A DNA stretch of 64,000 bases from contig CAZTNI010000001.1 in assembly GCA_964615415.1 (NCBI GenBank), positions 240,746-304,745 on the forward strand, given 5' to 3'. Of this stretch, positions 9,173 through 18,911 are shown in pieces (positions within the stretch are counted from its first letter, which is position 1; each line of letters starts with the position of its first letter). The notes under the pieces were generated by a model. That model worked only from the letters and a program-made list of their open reading frames with translations. It made no database searches and was not told the origin of the DNA. This DNA comes from an uncultured Candidatus Saccharibacteria bacterium (GTDB lineage Bacteria > Patescibacteriota > Minisyncoccia > Phycocordibacterales > SBAW01). The translations under genes were made by a program, and so were the position numbers.

Positions 9173-9853
9173 ATGATATATTACGATCGCGTATCCAAAG
9201 TGTACGCAGACAACTCTGTTGCCCTTGAAGACATTTCCTTCTCCGTAGAGCCGGGTGAATTCATTTCCATCGTCGGACATTCAGGGGCTGGCAAAACAAC
9301 TCTCGTAAAACTTCTCCTTGCAGAAGAGCGTCCTTCGACTGGCTCTGTTTTTTTTGAATCTATTAACGTGCACGATATACCACTGCGCAAGATGAACGAC
9401 TTGCGTCGCAAAATAGGTACCGTCTTTCAAGACTTTCGCCTGTTGCCGCAAAAAACTGCATACGAAAACATTGCGTTTGCTATGGAAGCTGCTGGTCGCA
9501 GCGAGGAAGAGATTCATTCTGATGTGCCGCACGTGCTTGAGCTTGTGGACCTGGGCGACAAAATGAATAACTTCCCCGGTGAGCTTTCCGGTGGTGAGCA
9601 GCAACGTGTTGCTATAGCTCGCGCTATCGTGAATCAGCCTGACGTTATCGTTGCGGACGAGCCGACGGGCAACCTCGACCCCGTTAACACATTTGAAGTG
9701 GTGCAAATTTTAAAGAAGATTAACGACCTTGGCACAACTATTATTCTGACTACGCACAATAAAGGAGTGATAGATTCCTTGAAGCGACGCGTCATCACCA
9801 TGGATCGTGGCAAAATTATTCGCGATGACAGGGAAGGTAAATATATATTGTAA
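9173..9853 (+). CDS. ftsE: Cell division ATP-binding protein FtsE
   Basis: MIYYDRVSKVY…GHSGAGKTTL Walker A, the LSGGEQQRVAIARA signature, and the gene sits immediately upstream of an ftsX-like permease. Confidence 0.85.
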   Translation: MIYYDRVSKVYADNSVALEDISFSVEPGEFISIVGHSGAGKTTLVKLLLAEERPSTGSVFFESINVHDIPLRKMNDLRRKIGTVFQDFRLLPQKTAYENIAFAMEAAGRSEEEIHSDVPHVLELVDLGDKMNNFPGELSGGEQQRVAIARAIVNQPDVIVADEPTGNLDPVNTFEVVQILKKINDLGTTIILTTHNKGVIDSLKRRVITMDRGKIIRDDREGKYIL

Positions 9854-9855
9854 CT

Positions 9856-10791
9856 ATGTCGTGGATAACTATTAAACGTATTTTCCGTGCAGGTTTTTTG
9901 GACTTTTGGCGCAACGGCTTTGTTTCGTTTGCTTCGGTCCTTATGATGATCTTCACGCTATTTGTGATAGGTCTCGCTACCTTTACGGGGGTTATCCTTA
10001 ATACCACGCTTGAAGAGTTCCGCAGCAAGGCCGACCTTAACGTCTACTTTACTACCGACGCATCAGAAGACCGTATTGTTGCGCTTCAGCAGTCGCTGCG
10101 CGAGCTTCCGGAAGTTGAGTCGGTTGAATATCTCTCTCGAGAGGAAGCACTTGCACAGTTTCGTGAACGACACAAAAACGACCAGTTGACCCTTCAGGCT
10201 CTTGAGGAGCTTGGAGACAATCCACTAGGCGCTGTATTGAACGTTAAAGCAAAAGACATTACACAGTACGAACGCATTGCAACATTCGTGCGTGGCGAAG
10301 AAGAAGCAGTGGGTCCGGGCGAAGTGCCGATCATCGACAAAATTAACTATTACGACGAGCAGCATCGCGCTGCGCTTGAGCGACTGAGTTCTATTACCGA
10401 CTCGGCGCGGCTGATCGGGCTCGTTATCATCATAATTTTCGTCAGTCTTACGATCGCTATTTCGTTTAATACACTCCGTCTCGCTATCTACTCGTCTCGC
10501 GAAGAGATTTCAGTTATGCGCTTGGTGGGTGCGGGCACCGGATACATCCGCTTACCGTTTATGGTGGAAGGAGTTCTGTATGGTCTTATTGCAGGAGTCG
10601 TAACACTGGTATTGTTTTACCCACTTACGTGGTGGTTGGGGAGTTCTACAGCAGGCTTCTTCGGAGGGATTAATGTCTTCCAATACTACCTCAGTCACTT
10701 CTTGTATTTCTTCTTGTTGATCGTCGGCTCGGGGGTCGTTCTTGGAGCAGTTGCCAGCTTCCTTGCGGTACGGCGCTATCTCAAGATATAA
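9856..10791 (+). CDS. ftsX: Cell division permease FtsX
   Basis: 311-aa ORF with an N-terminal TM helix, a periplasmic domain and a C-terminal 3-TM FtsX-like permease domain. It is adjacent to ftsE. Confidence 0.8.
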   Translation: MSWITIKRIFRAGFLDFWRNGFVSFASVLMMIFTLFVIGLATFTGVILNTTLEEFRSKADLNVYFTTDASEDRIVALQQSLRELPEVESVEYLSREEALAQFRERHKNDQLTLQALEELGDNPLGAVLNVKAKDITQYERIATFVRGEEEAVGPGEVPIIDKINYYDEQHRAALERLSSITDSARLIGLVIIIIFVSLTIAISFNTLRLAIYSSREEISVMRLVGAGTGYIRLPFMVEGVLYGLIAGVVTLVLFYPLTWWLGSSTAGFFGGINVFQYYLSHFLYFFLLIVGSGVVLGAVASFLAVRRYLKI

Positions 10792-10807
10792 CTAGAGACG
10801 AACTATT

Positions 10808-12463
10808 ATGCTTTTTTCTAAGGACAAGGCGACGAAGACCCCTAAATACATCTTCGTCGTCGGCGGCGTTATGTCTGGTGTAGGCAAGGGTGTTGCAACC
10901 TCGGCTATTGGTCTCATTTTAAAATCGAAGGGGTTTGGTGTTACGGCAATTAAAATAGACCCGTACATCAACGTAGACGCGGGCACTATGAACCCAACCG
11001 AGCATGGCGAAGTATTCGTGCTCGATGACGGCGACGAGACCGACCAAGACATGGGCAACTACGAGCGCTTCCTCGACACAACGCTGACGCGTACCAACTA
11101 CATGACTACTGGTCGTGTGTACCAAGAGGTTATTCGCAAAGAGCGTAACTTGGAATATAAGGGCCGCAATGTGCAAGTGGTGCCGGATGTGCCTGCAGAA
11201 GTAATCCGTCGCATTAAGGAGGCACAGCAAAAGGCAGCAGCCGATATTACGATTATCGAAGTGGGTGGCACTGTGGGCGAGTATGAAAATATCCTCTTCC
11301 TTGAGGCTGCGCGCATGTTGAAGCAAGAGTGTCCGGACGACGTTGCGATTGTGATGGTCTCCTACTTGCCCGTGCCACACAACATTGGCGAGATGAAGAC
11401 TAAGCCAACGCAGCATGCGTCGCGCGAATTGAACAGTGCCGGGTTGCAGGCAGATATTATTCTTGCGCGCGCGGTGGTGCCGCTCGATGAAAAGCGCAAG
11501 GAAAAAATCGCCATCTTTTGTAACGTGCGCCCAGAGCGTGTCATCTCTGCGCCAGATGTCGAGAGTATTTACGATGTGCCGCTTAACTACGAAAAGGATG
11601 GGTTAGGAGATACCCTCTGCGATGTGCTCGGACTCGAACATCGCACCAGCGACCTCTCGAAGTGGGAGCAGTTTGTCGCAAAGTCTAAAAATGGCACCAA
11701 GGAAGTAAAAATCGCGATGGTGGGCAAGTATTTTAAGTCGGGAGAGTTTGTACTTTCCGACGTATACATTTCCGTACTCGAGGCGCTCAAGGCAGCTGGC
11801 TACCATCAAGATGTAAAAACAAAAATCACCTATTTTGATTCCGAAGAATTTGAAAAAGATCCTGTTAAGTTAGAAGAGCTTTCAAACTATGCTGGCATTA
11901 TCGTACCGGGTGGCTTTGGCAGCAGGGGTGTTGAAGGTATTGTGGCGGCTATTACATTTGCGCGTGAGCATAAAATTCCGTACCTCGGCCTTTGCTACGG
12001 CATGCAGTGGATGGTTATTGAATATGCACGCAATAAAGCTGGGCTCGCCGGAGCTAATACGAAAGAAGTGTCCGAAACGACCCCACACCCGGTTATCGAT
12101 GTGATGGCTGAGCAGGTAGATAAAATTTCAAGTAAAAACTACGGGGGTACCATGCGCCTCGGTGCGTACCCATGCGTACTGAAAGACGGCAGTGTTGCGC
12201 ATCAGGCATACGGTAAACAAGAAATCTCTGAACGCCATCGCCATCGCTACGAAGTAAATCCGCGCTATGTAGAGCAGCTTGAAGCCGCGGGGCTCGTGTT
12301 TAGTGGCCGTTCGCCCAATGGTACACTGATGGAGATAGCTGAACTGCCGAGCGACGTGCATCCATTTTTTGTTGCGTCGCAGTTTCATCCTGAACTCCTG
12401 TCTCGTCCACTGTCGCCGCACCCGCTTTTTGCTGCATTTATACGTGCAGCTCTAAAGAAGTAA
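10808..12463 (+). CDS. pyrG: CTP synthase
   Basis: N-terminal synthetase motif GGVMSGVGKG, and a C-terminal glutamine amidotransferase domain (LGLCYGMQ, HRHRYEVN). Confidence 0.9.
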   Translation: MLFSKDKATKTPKYIFVVGGVMSGVGKGVATSAIGLILKSKGFGVTAIKIDPYINVDAGTMNPTEHGEVFVLDDGDETDQDMGNYERFLDTTLTRTNYMTTGRVYQEVIRKERNLEYKGRNVQVVPDVPAEVIRRIKEAQQKAAADITIIEVGGTVGEYENILFLEAARMLKQECPDDVAIVMVSYLPVPHNIGEMKTKPTQHASRELNSAGLQADIILARAVVPLDEKRKEKIAIFCNVRPERVISAPDVESIYDVPLNYEKDGLGDTLCDVLGLEHRTSDLSKWEQFVAKSKNGTKEVKIAMVGKYFKSGEFVLSDVYISVLEALKAAGYHQDVKTKITYFDSEEFEKDPVKLEELSNYAGIIVPGGFGSRGVEGIVAAITFAREHKIPYLGLCYGMQWMVIEYARNKAGLAGANTKEVSETTPHPVIDVMAEQVDKISSKNYGGTMRLGAYPCVLKDGSVAHQAYGKQEISERHRHRYEVNPRYVEQLEAAGLVFSGRSPNGTLMEIAELPSDVHPFFVASQFHPELLSRPLSPHPLFAAFIRAALKK

Positions 12464-12472
12464 CGACTCACT

Positions 12473-13423
12473 ATGCAACCGTATATCGTGGCTGGTCTTG
12501 GAGTAGGCGCGCTGCTCGCGGCTTTTGTAGCATGGCAGCCGGTGGTGCCGGTAGCTCAATTGACGTGGGTGAGCGAACAAGAGGAGCAGATAGAGCAAAA
12601 AGCGACAATACTCTTTGGTGGTGATGCGTTTTTCGATCGTTCCGTGCGTACAACGATGGAAGAAAAAGGAGCGCAGTATGTATTTTCGTGCATAGCACCG
12701 CTCTTAAAAGCAGCAGACCTTACGGTATTAAACCTCGAAGGGCCTATTACTGACAACGCATCAGTGAGTGTGGGGAGTGAAGTGGGTTCGCCAAATAATT
12801 TTAGATTTACGTTCCATCCAGATGTAGCGCCGCTTTTGGTAGAGAACAATGTTCGTGTGGTAAACCTTGGTAACAATCACATATTAAATTTTGGATACGA
12901 CGGCGTAGGGCAAACTACCCGCTATCTTGATGCGGCAGGTGTTGCATACTTTGGCGAGCCGGATGCGTATACGGTTACAAAAATGGTGGTCAATGAGATC
13001 CCGCTTGCGTTTATTGGCTATAACGAATTTGGCGGCAGCGCACCGAAAACGCTCGAGCAGATCAAAGTAGCCGTAGAGGAAGGATACCTCCCGGTCGTAT
13101 ATGCACACTGGGGGATCGAGTATGAAACCATCTCGTCTCTTCCGGCGCAGCAGTTGGCGCGCATGTTTGTGGACGCGGGCGCGAAGTTGGTGATAGGCTC
13201 GCATCCGCATGTTATCCAGCAAAGCGAGCTCTACAACGGCGTCCATATTTACTACTCGCTCGGGAATTTCATATTCGACCAATACTGGAACGATGAGGTG
13301 CGCACGGGCTTATTGGTAGAAGCGACGTTCGACAAAAGTGGAGTGCTGTCAGTAGAAGAGGTGCGCACGTACCTTGAACGAGATCGTCGCACGTGTCCGC
13401 TCCCAGAGCCGTTAGTCAACTAA
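12473..13423 (+). CDS. CapA/PGA-biosynthesis family metallophosphatase, membrane-anchored
   Basis: ILFGGDAFFDRS, HWGIEYE and GSHPHVIQ are CapA (poly-gamma-glutamate synthesis) family signatures. There is an N-terminal TM helix. Confidence 0.7.
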   Translation: MQPYIVAGLGVGALLAAFVAWQPVVPVAQLTWVSEQEEQIEQKATILFGGDAFFDRSVRTTMEEKGAQYVFSCIAPLLKAADLTVLNLEGPITDNASVSVGSEVGSPNNFRFTFHPDVAPLLVENNVRVVNLGNNHILNFGYDGVGQTTRYLDAAGVAYFGEPDAYTVTKMVVNEIPLAFIGYNEFGGSAPKTLEQIKVAVEEGYLPVVYAHWGIEYETISSLPAQQLARMFVDAGAKLVIGSHPHVIQQSELYNGVHIYYSLGNFIFDQYWNDEVRTGLLVEATFDKSGVLSVEEVRTYLERDRRTCPLPEPLVN

Positions 13424-14026
13424 TACGGCGTAGACGATTAAGCGGTGTGTATACGTATTCAATTTTTTATCAAACTTCCCCGCACAGGTAATAAGGTTAA
13501 GGCGGGGTTTATCTGCGCGTTCAAATAAAAAGTAGGTTGAAACGTCCTTTAGGTTGGTTAGTTTTGCTTCCTCAACTTTAAAATGTAGCGTCTCTCCGTC
13601 GTTGTTGGTGACGTAGATGTCGTCGCCGGGTTGTACGCGACGTAAATTCCCAAACGCTGCATACACATGAGCGTCGAGCACCGCACTACCTACTTCGCCT
13701 GGAGTAACGCCGCCCGTGTACCAGCCAACGTTTTTACTCTTGCCGTTCGGTACGTCCATTTCACCCTCGGGAGTAATGCCGACTCCTACAATAGAAGCTT
13801 TCAGTTTAATAGAGGGGATGGAAAGGCGGGTCGGAGTAGCACGTGTGGGGAGCGAAGGAGGCGGTACGATTTGTGAGGGTGGTACGACGACTGTTTCGGG
13901 AACGCCTGCTTGCGGCGGAAGTGGAGAGGAGGCGGAGCTAAATGCAGAAAGTGTTTCTTCTTGCACGGCGACGCAAAAAAATATAACGGCACTGAACATG
14001 ACTGAAAAAAGCACTGTGTTTCGCAT
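13412..14026 (-). CDS. Sortase family transpeptidase
   Basis: Active-site TLxTC motif (RLNLITCAG) with the conserved His region, and an N-terminal TM anchor. Start taken at the ATG at 14026; an alternative TTG start lies at 14092. Confidence 0.7.
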   Translation of the reverse strand: MRNTVLFSVMFSAVIFFCVAVQEETLSAFSSASSPLPPQAGVPETVVVPPSQIVPPPSLPTRATPTRLSIPSIKLKASIVGVGITPEGEMDVPNGKSKNVGWYTGGVTPGEVGSAVLDAHVYAAFGNLRRVQPGDDIYVTNNDGETLHFKVEEAKLTNLKDVSTYFLFERADKPRLNLITCAGKFDKKLNTYTHRLIVYAVLVD

Positions 14027-14176
14027 GAAGTGCGATAATTGTAGACGACCAGTTTTGCCTCGTCCAATGAAAGGCTCACAAAATTCAGACAAAAATTCAT
14101 ACTGACTGAAGCGGTTGAGATTCGGGCCTTTTTCAGGTATCTTTGGACTGTATTGCCGGGATCGTTCTCGGTAGAT

Positions 14177-14247
14177 TGCCAGATCGTCTAATGGTAGGAC
14201 AACGGACTCTGAATCCGTTTATCTTGGTTCGAATCCAAGTCTGGCAG
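14177..14247 (+). tRNA. tRNA-Gln (anticodon CTG)
   Basis: TGCCAGATCGTCTAATGGTAGGACAACGGACTCTGAATCCGTTTATCTTGGTTCGAATCCAAGTCTGGCAG. The acceptor stems are perfectly complementary, the D-arm is the short Gln type, and the anticodon loop is CTCTGAA. Confidence 0.85.
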
Positions 14248-14287
14248 CAGAGGAACATCGTGACGAATCGCAGACTTGGATTCGAAC
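14229..14287. repeat. 17-bp perfect inverted repeat formed by the tRNA-Gln 3' end (GTTCGAATCCAAGTCTG) and an inverted copy 25 nt downstream
   Basis: GTTCGAATCCAAGTCTG at 14229-14245 and CAGACTTGGATTCGAAC at 14271-14287. Confidence 0.8.
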
Positions 14288-14370
14288 ACAGGATGGGGTC
14301 GGGAAGGGGTGCTAAGACCTTCCCGTGGAGGAAGGATTGGGAAAACCGAGGGTTTCCCAGCAAGTGAGTG

Positions 14371-14385
14371 ATCCAAGTCTGGCAG
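14371..14385. repeat. Direct partial copy of the tRNA-Gln 3' end (ATCCAAGTCTGGCAG); att-like remnant
   Basis: The sequence is identical to tRNA-Gln positions 14233-14247. It sits in a GAGTGAT…TTTCTGTGTCATAAT context. Confidence 0.7.
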
Positions 14386-14414
14386 CTCGACATTTCTGTG
14401 TCATAATTCGTTCC

Positions 14415-14921
14415 ATGAAAGTCATTCTGTACATGGCAAGCACCGTGAATGGGTTCATCGCAAAATCCACTGATGATACGAGTTGGATAAGTAGCGAAGA
14501 ATGGAATAGTTATAGCAAAGCAACGCGTAAAGCGGGTAATTTGATTGTTGGTCATCGGACCTATGACATTCTTACGAAACAGCGAGAGTTTTCTGAATTC
14601 AAGGATGTAAGAGTGGTAGTGGTAGCCACTACTCCTGTGGAGTTAGTAGCAAAAAATCATTTCGTCGCCTCCAATCCAACGGAAGCGCTGAAAGTGGTGA
14701 GTGATGCAGATGAGATTATTGTTGCAGGTGGAGGAGAACTCAATGCCTCATTCCTGGCTGGGAACTTAGTTGACGAAATCTATCTAGATATAGAACCTCG
14801 GTTCTTCGGTGGGGGAATCGGACTGGCTCATGGTAAGGATTTTGACCTCAAACTAGAACTCGTTGGCACTAAAGAAATTTCACCAAACGAGCTGCAATTA
14901 CATTATCGGGTAGTTAAATAA
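14415..14921 (+). CDS. Dihydrofolate reductase family protein (RibD C-terminal domain type)
   Basis: MKVILYMASTVNGFIAKSTDDTSWISSEEWNSY…VAGGGELNASFL matches the DHFR-like RibD_C/YwjB family. The start was trimmed from the track ORF (14325) to the ATG at 14415. Confidence 0.65.
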   Translation: MKVILYMASTVNGFIAKSTDDTSWISSEEWNSYSKATRKAGNLIVGHRTYDILTKQREFSEFKDVRVVVVATTPVELVAKNHFVASNPTEALKVVSDADEIIVAGGGELNASFLAGNLVDEIYLDIEPRFFGGGIGLAHGKDFDLKLELVGTKEISPNELQLHYRVVK

Positions 14922-15106
14922 GTTCGAATATCGTCCCAGACGGTCAGCAAAATAAAGCGCAGCGAATTTTGCTGCCAGAAGCAGGAGTGCGGGGCACTCC
15001 TGCGGCTTGGATTCGAAAAGCCGGAGCGGGGACCCGTTCAGCAGAACGGGTGGCGAGGCTCGGCTCGAGACCAGTGTGCCGCGACGGCGGCATGCTGAGT
15101 CGAGAG

Positions 15107-15123
15107 GAATCCAAGTCTAGCAG
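15107..15123. repeat. Third direct partial copy of the tRNA-Gln 3' end (GAATCCAAGTCTAGCAG, 1 mismatch)
   Basis: It matches tRNA-Gln 14231-14247 at 16 of 17 positions. Inverted fragments lie nearby at 15006-15017 (CTTGGATTCGAA) and 14971-14983 (TGCTGCCAGAAGC). A GAGTGAT-TTCTGCGACATAAT motif repeats at 15171-15191. Confidence 0.65.
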
Positions 15124-15196
15124 TCAGTTTGAGGTAGGTTCTCGGGCTTGGAACGTGTCGATATGCTCCGAGTGATTTCTGCGACATAATATAAAG

Positions 15197-15793
15197 ATGG
15201 GAATTAAAGAGGTGGTTAGATTTGTAGATTTTCTCAGTGTTTTTCCAAATATCAAAAGAGGAAACAAAATCAAAGGGAAAAATGATTTTGAAAATGATGC
15301 CGAGCATAGCTACCAACTTGCCGTTACGGTTTGGTATCTTGCAGATATTTTGAAGCTTCAAGTCAATCGGCAATTGATTCTAGAATATGCTCTTGCCCAT
15401 GATTTAGTTGAGATATATGCCGGAGATACTGATACTTTTCTTAATAACTCAGATGATCATGCAATTTCAAAACAGAAAAAAGAAGAAGAGGCATTTAATA
15501 AAATAAAACAAGATTTTCCTGAATTTGTGTCTTTGCATAAAAGTATTGAACGATATGAACACCTTTCCGATGCGGAATCAAAACTTGTATATATTGTTGA
15601 TAAAATATTGCCCGACATAAACATCTTTCTTAGTAATGACACTTACTACAAAGATAATGAAGTTACATATGATGGTTGGCAGAAATGGTTTAAATTAAAA
15701 GTACAGAAATCTGGTATTAGAGACGAAAAAATTATGGTCTTGATTGACGAGCTTGCTGAGTTTCAAAAAACCCAAAAAGTTTTTTCTGAATAG
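15197..15793 (+). CDS. HD-domain phosphohydrolase (YfbR-like 5'-deoxynucleotidase family)
   Basis: H…HD…D metal-binding pattern: AEHSYQLAVTVWYLADIL…LAHDLVEIYAGDT. Confidence 0.65.
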   Translation: MGIKEVVRFVDFLSVFPNIKRGNKIKGKNDFENDAEHSYQLAVTVWYLADILKLQVNRQLILEYALAHDLVEIYAGDTDTFLNNSDDHAISKQKKEEEAFNKIKQDFPEFVSLHKSIERYEHLSDAESKLVYIVDKILPDINIFLSNDTYYKDNEVTYDGWQKWFKLKVQKSGIRDEKIMVLIDELAEFQKTQKVFSE

Positions 15794-15858
15794 ACGTCCG
15801 AATAGCGTCGTTTAGAAGATTTTACATAAGCCACTATTTCCAATGAGCTCGACCTGCT

Positions 15859-16728
15859 ATGATGGATTCCATGGCTAAAGTAGTAGCTACCTATCATAAA
15901 GACTGCATCGACGGCACGACTGCCGCGGCGGTTTTGCTGCGTAAGTTTCCTGAGGCTAAGCTTTTCCCGCTTGCGCACGCGTATACTCCTGCGGATTTAG
16001 AAGTAGTATTGCAGGAGGTGGATGCAGGTACGATTTGTTACACGCTCGATTGCGGGCTCGGTGTGCAGGCGTTTTTAGATAAAGGTTGTCAGGTAACGAC
16101 GATCGACCACCACATTGGTGGCAAGGCAGAGTTTGAGGCACTGCAAGCAGCGAACAAAAACTATACCTACGTATTTAATAACGAGAAATCAGGCGCATCG
16201 CTCGCGTGGTCATACTTGTTCTCCGACGAGCCGCTTCCAGAATTAATTAAGCTGGTTGAAGACAGTGACCTCTGGCTCCAGAAGTTCGGAAAAGATACGA
16301 AAGACGTTAACAATTACCTTTCGATGTTTCGTAACGACCCGGCGGCAATATTACGCTGCATAGAAGGCGACCTGAAAGATATTAAAGAAAAGGGAAGCGT
16401 CATTACTATGTACGCAGATAAAGAAGTAGAGGAGCAAATTGCACTCCCTTCCGTGACAGTTACGATTGGTTCATATCAAGTTCCAGCGTTTAATATTACG
16501 TCGTATACATCCGCGAGCGGCAACTTTCTTGCAAAAAAATTAGGCAACGCAGTTGCGATGTTTATTGTTAAGGGAGACGAGGTGAAATTTAGTTTCCGTT
16601 CGCTCGAAGGATACTCGCCATCATCGCTCGAACTCGCAAAACTCCTGGGTGGCGGCGGACACCAAAACGCTGCGGGTGCAACAGTCTCACTTTCAACATT
16701 CCTCAAAATGCTCATCGTATCTAAGTAA
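15859..16728 (+). CDS. DHH/DHHA1 family phosphoesterase (NrnA-like nanoRNase/pAp phosphatase)
   Basis: DHH motif (TIDHHIGG), DHHA1 motif (GGGHQNAAGA) and N-terminal DxD. Confidence 0.75.
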   Translation: MMDSMAKVVATYHKDCIDGTTAAAVLLRKFPEAKLFPLAHAYTPADLEVVLQEVDAGTICYTLDCGLGVQAFLDKGCQVTTIDHHIGGKAEFEALQAANKNYTYVFNNEKSGASLAWSYLFSDEPLPELIKLVEDSDLWLQKFGKDTKDVNNYLSMFRNDPAAILRCIEGDLKDIKEKGSVITMYADKEVEEQIALPSVTVTIGSYQVPAFNITSYTSASGNFLAKKLGNAVAMFIVKGDEVKFSFRSLEGYSPSSLELAKLLGGGGHQNAAGATVSLSTFLKMLIVSK

Positions 16729-17171
16729 TGAAAATTCTTATCATCTCGCCAGGTAAAAAACACGACCATGCGGTCGAGAGTGGTGTTGCGGAGTACGCAA
16801 AGCGCTTGGAGAAAAAATTTCCCCTCGAGTGGGCGTTTCCATCAATTGGTACGAAAGAATCTGAAAGCGAAGCGATACTAAAACAGATCAAAGATACTGA
16901 CGCGGTTGTTCTCCTTGATGAACGAGGAAAAGACATAGACACACCAACCTTTGCAAAGCTGCTTGATAAGCACCTACAGTCGGGCACGAAGCGTCTTGTA
17001 TTTATTGTTGGCGGCGCATTTGGCGTGCACGACTCTGTAAAAGAGCGCGCCGACATGGTTATAAAACTGTCTTCACTCGTATTCCCGCATATGTTGGTGC
17101 GTCTTATTTTGGTAGAGCAGCTCTATCGAGCCTCGTCGATCCTCGAAGGAGGCAAATATCATCACGCGTAA
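16728..17171 (+). CDS. rlmH: 23S rRNA (pseudouridine1915-N3)-methyltransferase RlmH (SPOUT)
   Basis: 147-aa YbeA/RlmH-like sequence (MKILIISPGKK…LVFIVGGAFG…). Confidence 0.75.
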   Translation: MKILIISPGKKHDHAVESGVAEYAKRLEKKFPLEWAFPSIGTKESESEAILKQIKDTDAVVLLDERGKDIDTPTFAKLLDKHLQSGTKRLVFIVGGAFGVHDSVKERADMVIKLSSLVFPHMLVRLILVEQLYRASSILEGGKYHHA

Positions 17172-17173
17172 TT

Positions 17174-17413
17174 ATGTACTTTGTCTACATTCTTGAGTGC
17201 AAAGATGGGTCGCTCTATACCGGCATTACGACAGACGTGGAGCGACGATTTGTAGAACATCAAAAAGGAGTGGGGAGTAACTTTACTCGTGCGAAAAAAG
17301 CTAAGCGGATTGTATATAGCGAGCAACAGGCGAATCGAAGTACTGCCCTTAAACGCGAAGCAGAAATAAAGAAGTTAAAGCGGGAGCAGAAGCTTGCGCT
17401 GATTGAGGTGTAA
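17174..17413 (+). CDS. GIY-YIG nuclease family protein (UPF0213)
   Basis: MYFVYILECKDGSLYTGITTDVERRFVEHQKG is the GIY-YIG motif. Confidence 0.8.
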   Translation: MYFVYILECKDGSLYTGITTDVERRFVEHQKGVGSNFTRAKKAKRIVYSEQQANRSTALKREAEIKKLKREQKLALIEV

Positions 17414-17458
17414 ACAACACGCCTTTCTATTTTGTCCAGAATGCGGTAGGGTACTGAG

Positions 17459-18910
17459 ATGTCTAAGGGTGAAGTAATAGTCCGCTTCGAAGGCGTGTCG
17501 CACAACTTTGGCGTAAGGAAGCCTATTTTAGAGGCTGTGGATTTTTCCCTGCGCCGTGGGATGAAGATAACGCTCATGGGGCAAAACGGCGCGGGCAAAA
17601 GCACCCTCTTTTCGCTCATTACCGGTGCCCAAACTCCAGAGGACGGCATTATTCATATTCAACATGGTCTTACGATAGCGATCGGTCGCCAGGTTATCCC
17701 GCGCGACCAGCTCGACTTAACGGTGCGCGAATTTTTTCAAAAAGTATTTCCTGCAAAAGTCTACGACATTGACCCGAAGATAGATAAAATTTTAGAAGTC
17801 GTTAACCTTGTTGCGCCGTACGACAAGGTAATCCGCTCGTTTTCGGGTGGGCAGCAGGCACGCCTCCTCCTTGCTTCGGCCCTGATCCAAAACCCTGACC
17901 TTTTGTTGCTCGACGAGCCGACCAACAATCTCGACAAAGAGGGCATTGAACACCTAACGAAGTTTTTGATCGACTATAAAAAGACAGTGATGGTCATTTC
18001 TCACGATGCGGAATTTCTTAACTCGTTTACGCAAGGCGTCTTATACCTCGACGTGCATACACACAAGATAGAGCAGTACGTCGGTAACTACTTTGACGTG
18101 GTGGCGCAAATTTCTGCACGTATCGAAAAAGAAAATAGAAAAAATGCACTCTTGGCAAAAGAGATTCAGGAAAATAAAGACAAGGCGAACTTTTTTGCAA
18201 ACAAGGGAGGTCAGATGCGTATGGTGGCAAAGCGCATGCGCGAAAAGGCTGCAGAACTTGAGGAAGAAAAGGTAGATGTCCGCAAGGAAGACAAGGCGAT
18301 CCGTCCGTTCGTTATCCCGCACCAGCCTGACCTCATTGGTGACATCATTCAAATTAGTTCGTTCTTGATGATTAAAAATCACAAGCCAGTGCAGCGCAAA
18401 ACTAAACTCGCACTCCGTAAAAACCAACACCTGCAGTTGGTTGGTCCTAATGGTATTGGTAAGTCGACGCTGCTTGAGTCTATTGCAAGCGGCACGGCCG
18501 AAGGTTCGACCGTTATGCCGGGCGTGCGTGTTGGGTACTATCGCCAAGATTTTTCTAACCTCGATTTTGAAAAGACTGTGCATGACGAACTTGAGGCGGC
18601 TATGGATCGTCCGTACGAAGAGACGCTGCGCTCTGTTGCGGCTGGGTTTTTAATTAATGGCGAGCTGATTAATACAAAAATTGGTCACCTTTCGGAAGGA
18701 CAAAAAGGCTTGGTGGCGTTTGCGCGCTTGGTATTGATGAAGCCAGGTCTTCTTATTTTGGACGAACCGACGAACCATATTAACTTCCGCCACCTTCCGG
18801 TTATTGCAGAGGCGCTTAACAAATACGAAGGAGCGATGATCCTTGTCTCGCACGTGCCGGACTTTGTAAAACAGATCCGCATAGACGAAGTGCTCGACCT
18901 CGAAAAGTAG
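17459..18910 (+). CDS. ABC-F family ATPase (two tandem ABC domains, no TM domain)
   Basis: Two Walker A motifs (GQNGAGKST, GPNGIGKST) and two signature/Walker B regions (SGGQQARL…LLLDEPTNNLD; LSEGQKGL…LILDEPTNH). Confidence 0.8.
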   Translation: MSKGEVIVRFEGVSHNFGVRKPILEAVDFSLRRGMKITLMGQNGAGKSTLFSLITGAQTPEDGIIHIQHGLTIAIGRQVIPRDQLDLTVREFFQKVFPAKVYDIDPKIDKILEVVNLVAPYDKVIRSFSGGQQARLLLASALIQNPDLLLLDEPTNNLDKEGIEHLTKFLIDYKKTVMVISHDAEFLNSFTQGVLYLDVHTHKIEQYVGNYFDVVAQISARIEKENRKNALLAKEIQENKDKANFFANKGGQMRMVAKRMREKAAELEEEKVDVRKEDKAIRPFVIPHQPDLIGDIIQISSFLMIKNHKPVQRKTKLALRKNQHLQLVGPNGIGKSTLLESIASGTAEGSTVMPGVRVGYYRQDFSNLDFEKTVHDELEAAMDRPYEETLRSVAAGFLINGELINTKIGHLSEGQKGLVAFARLVLMKPGLLILDEPTNHINFRHLPVIAEALNKYEGAMILVSHVPDFVKQIRIDEVLDLEK

Positions 18911-18911
18911 T

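Noticed and set aside
14133-14555. 140-aa minus-strand ORF
   Set aside because: It overlaps tRNA-Gln and the att-like repeat region, and its product has no coherent composition.
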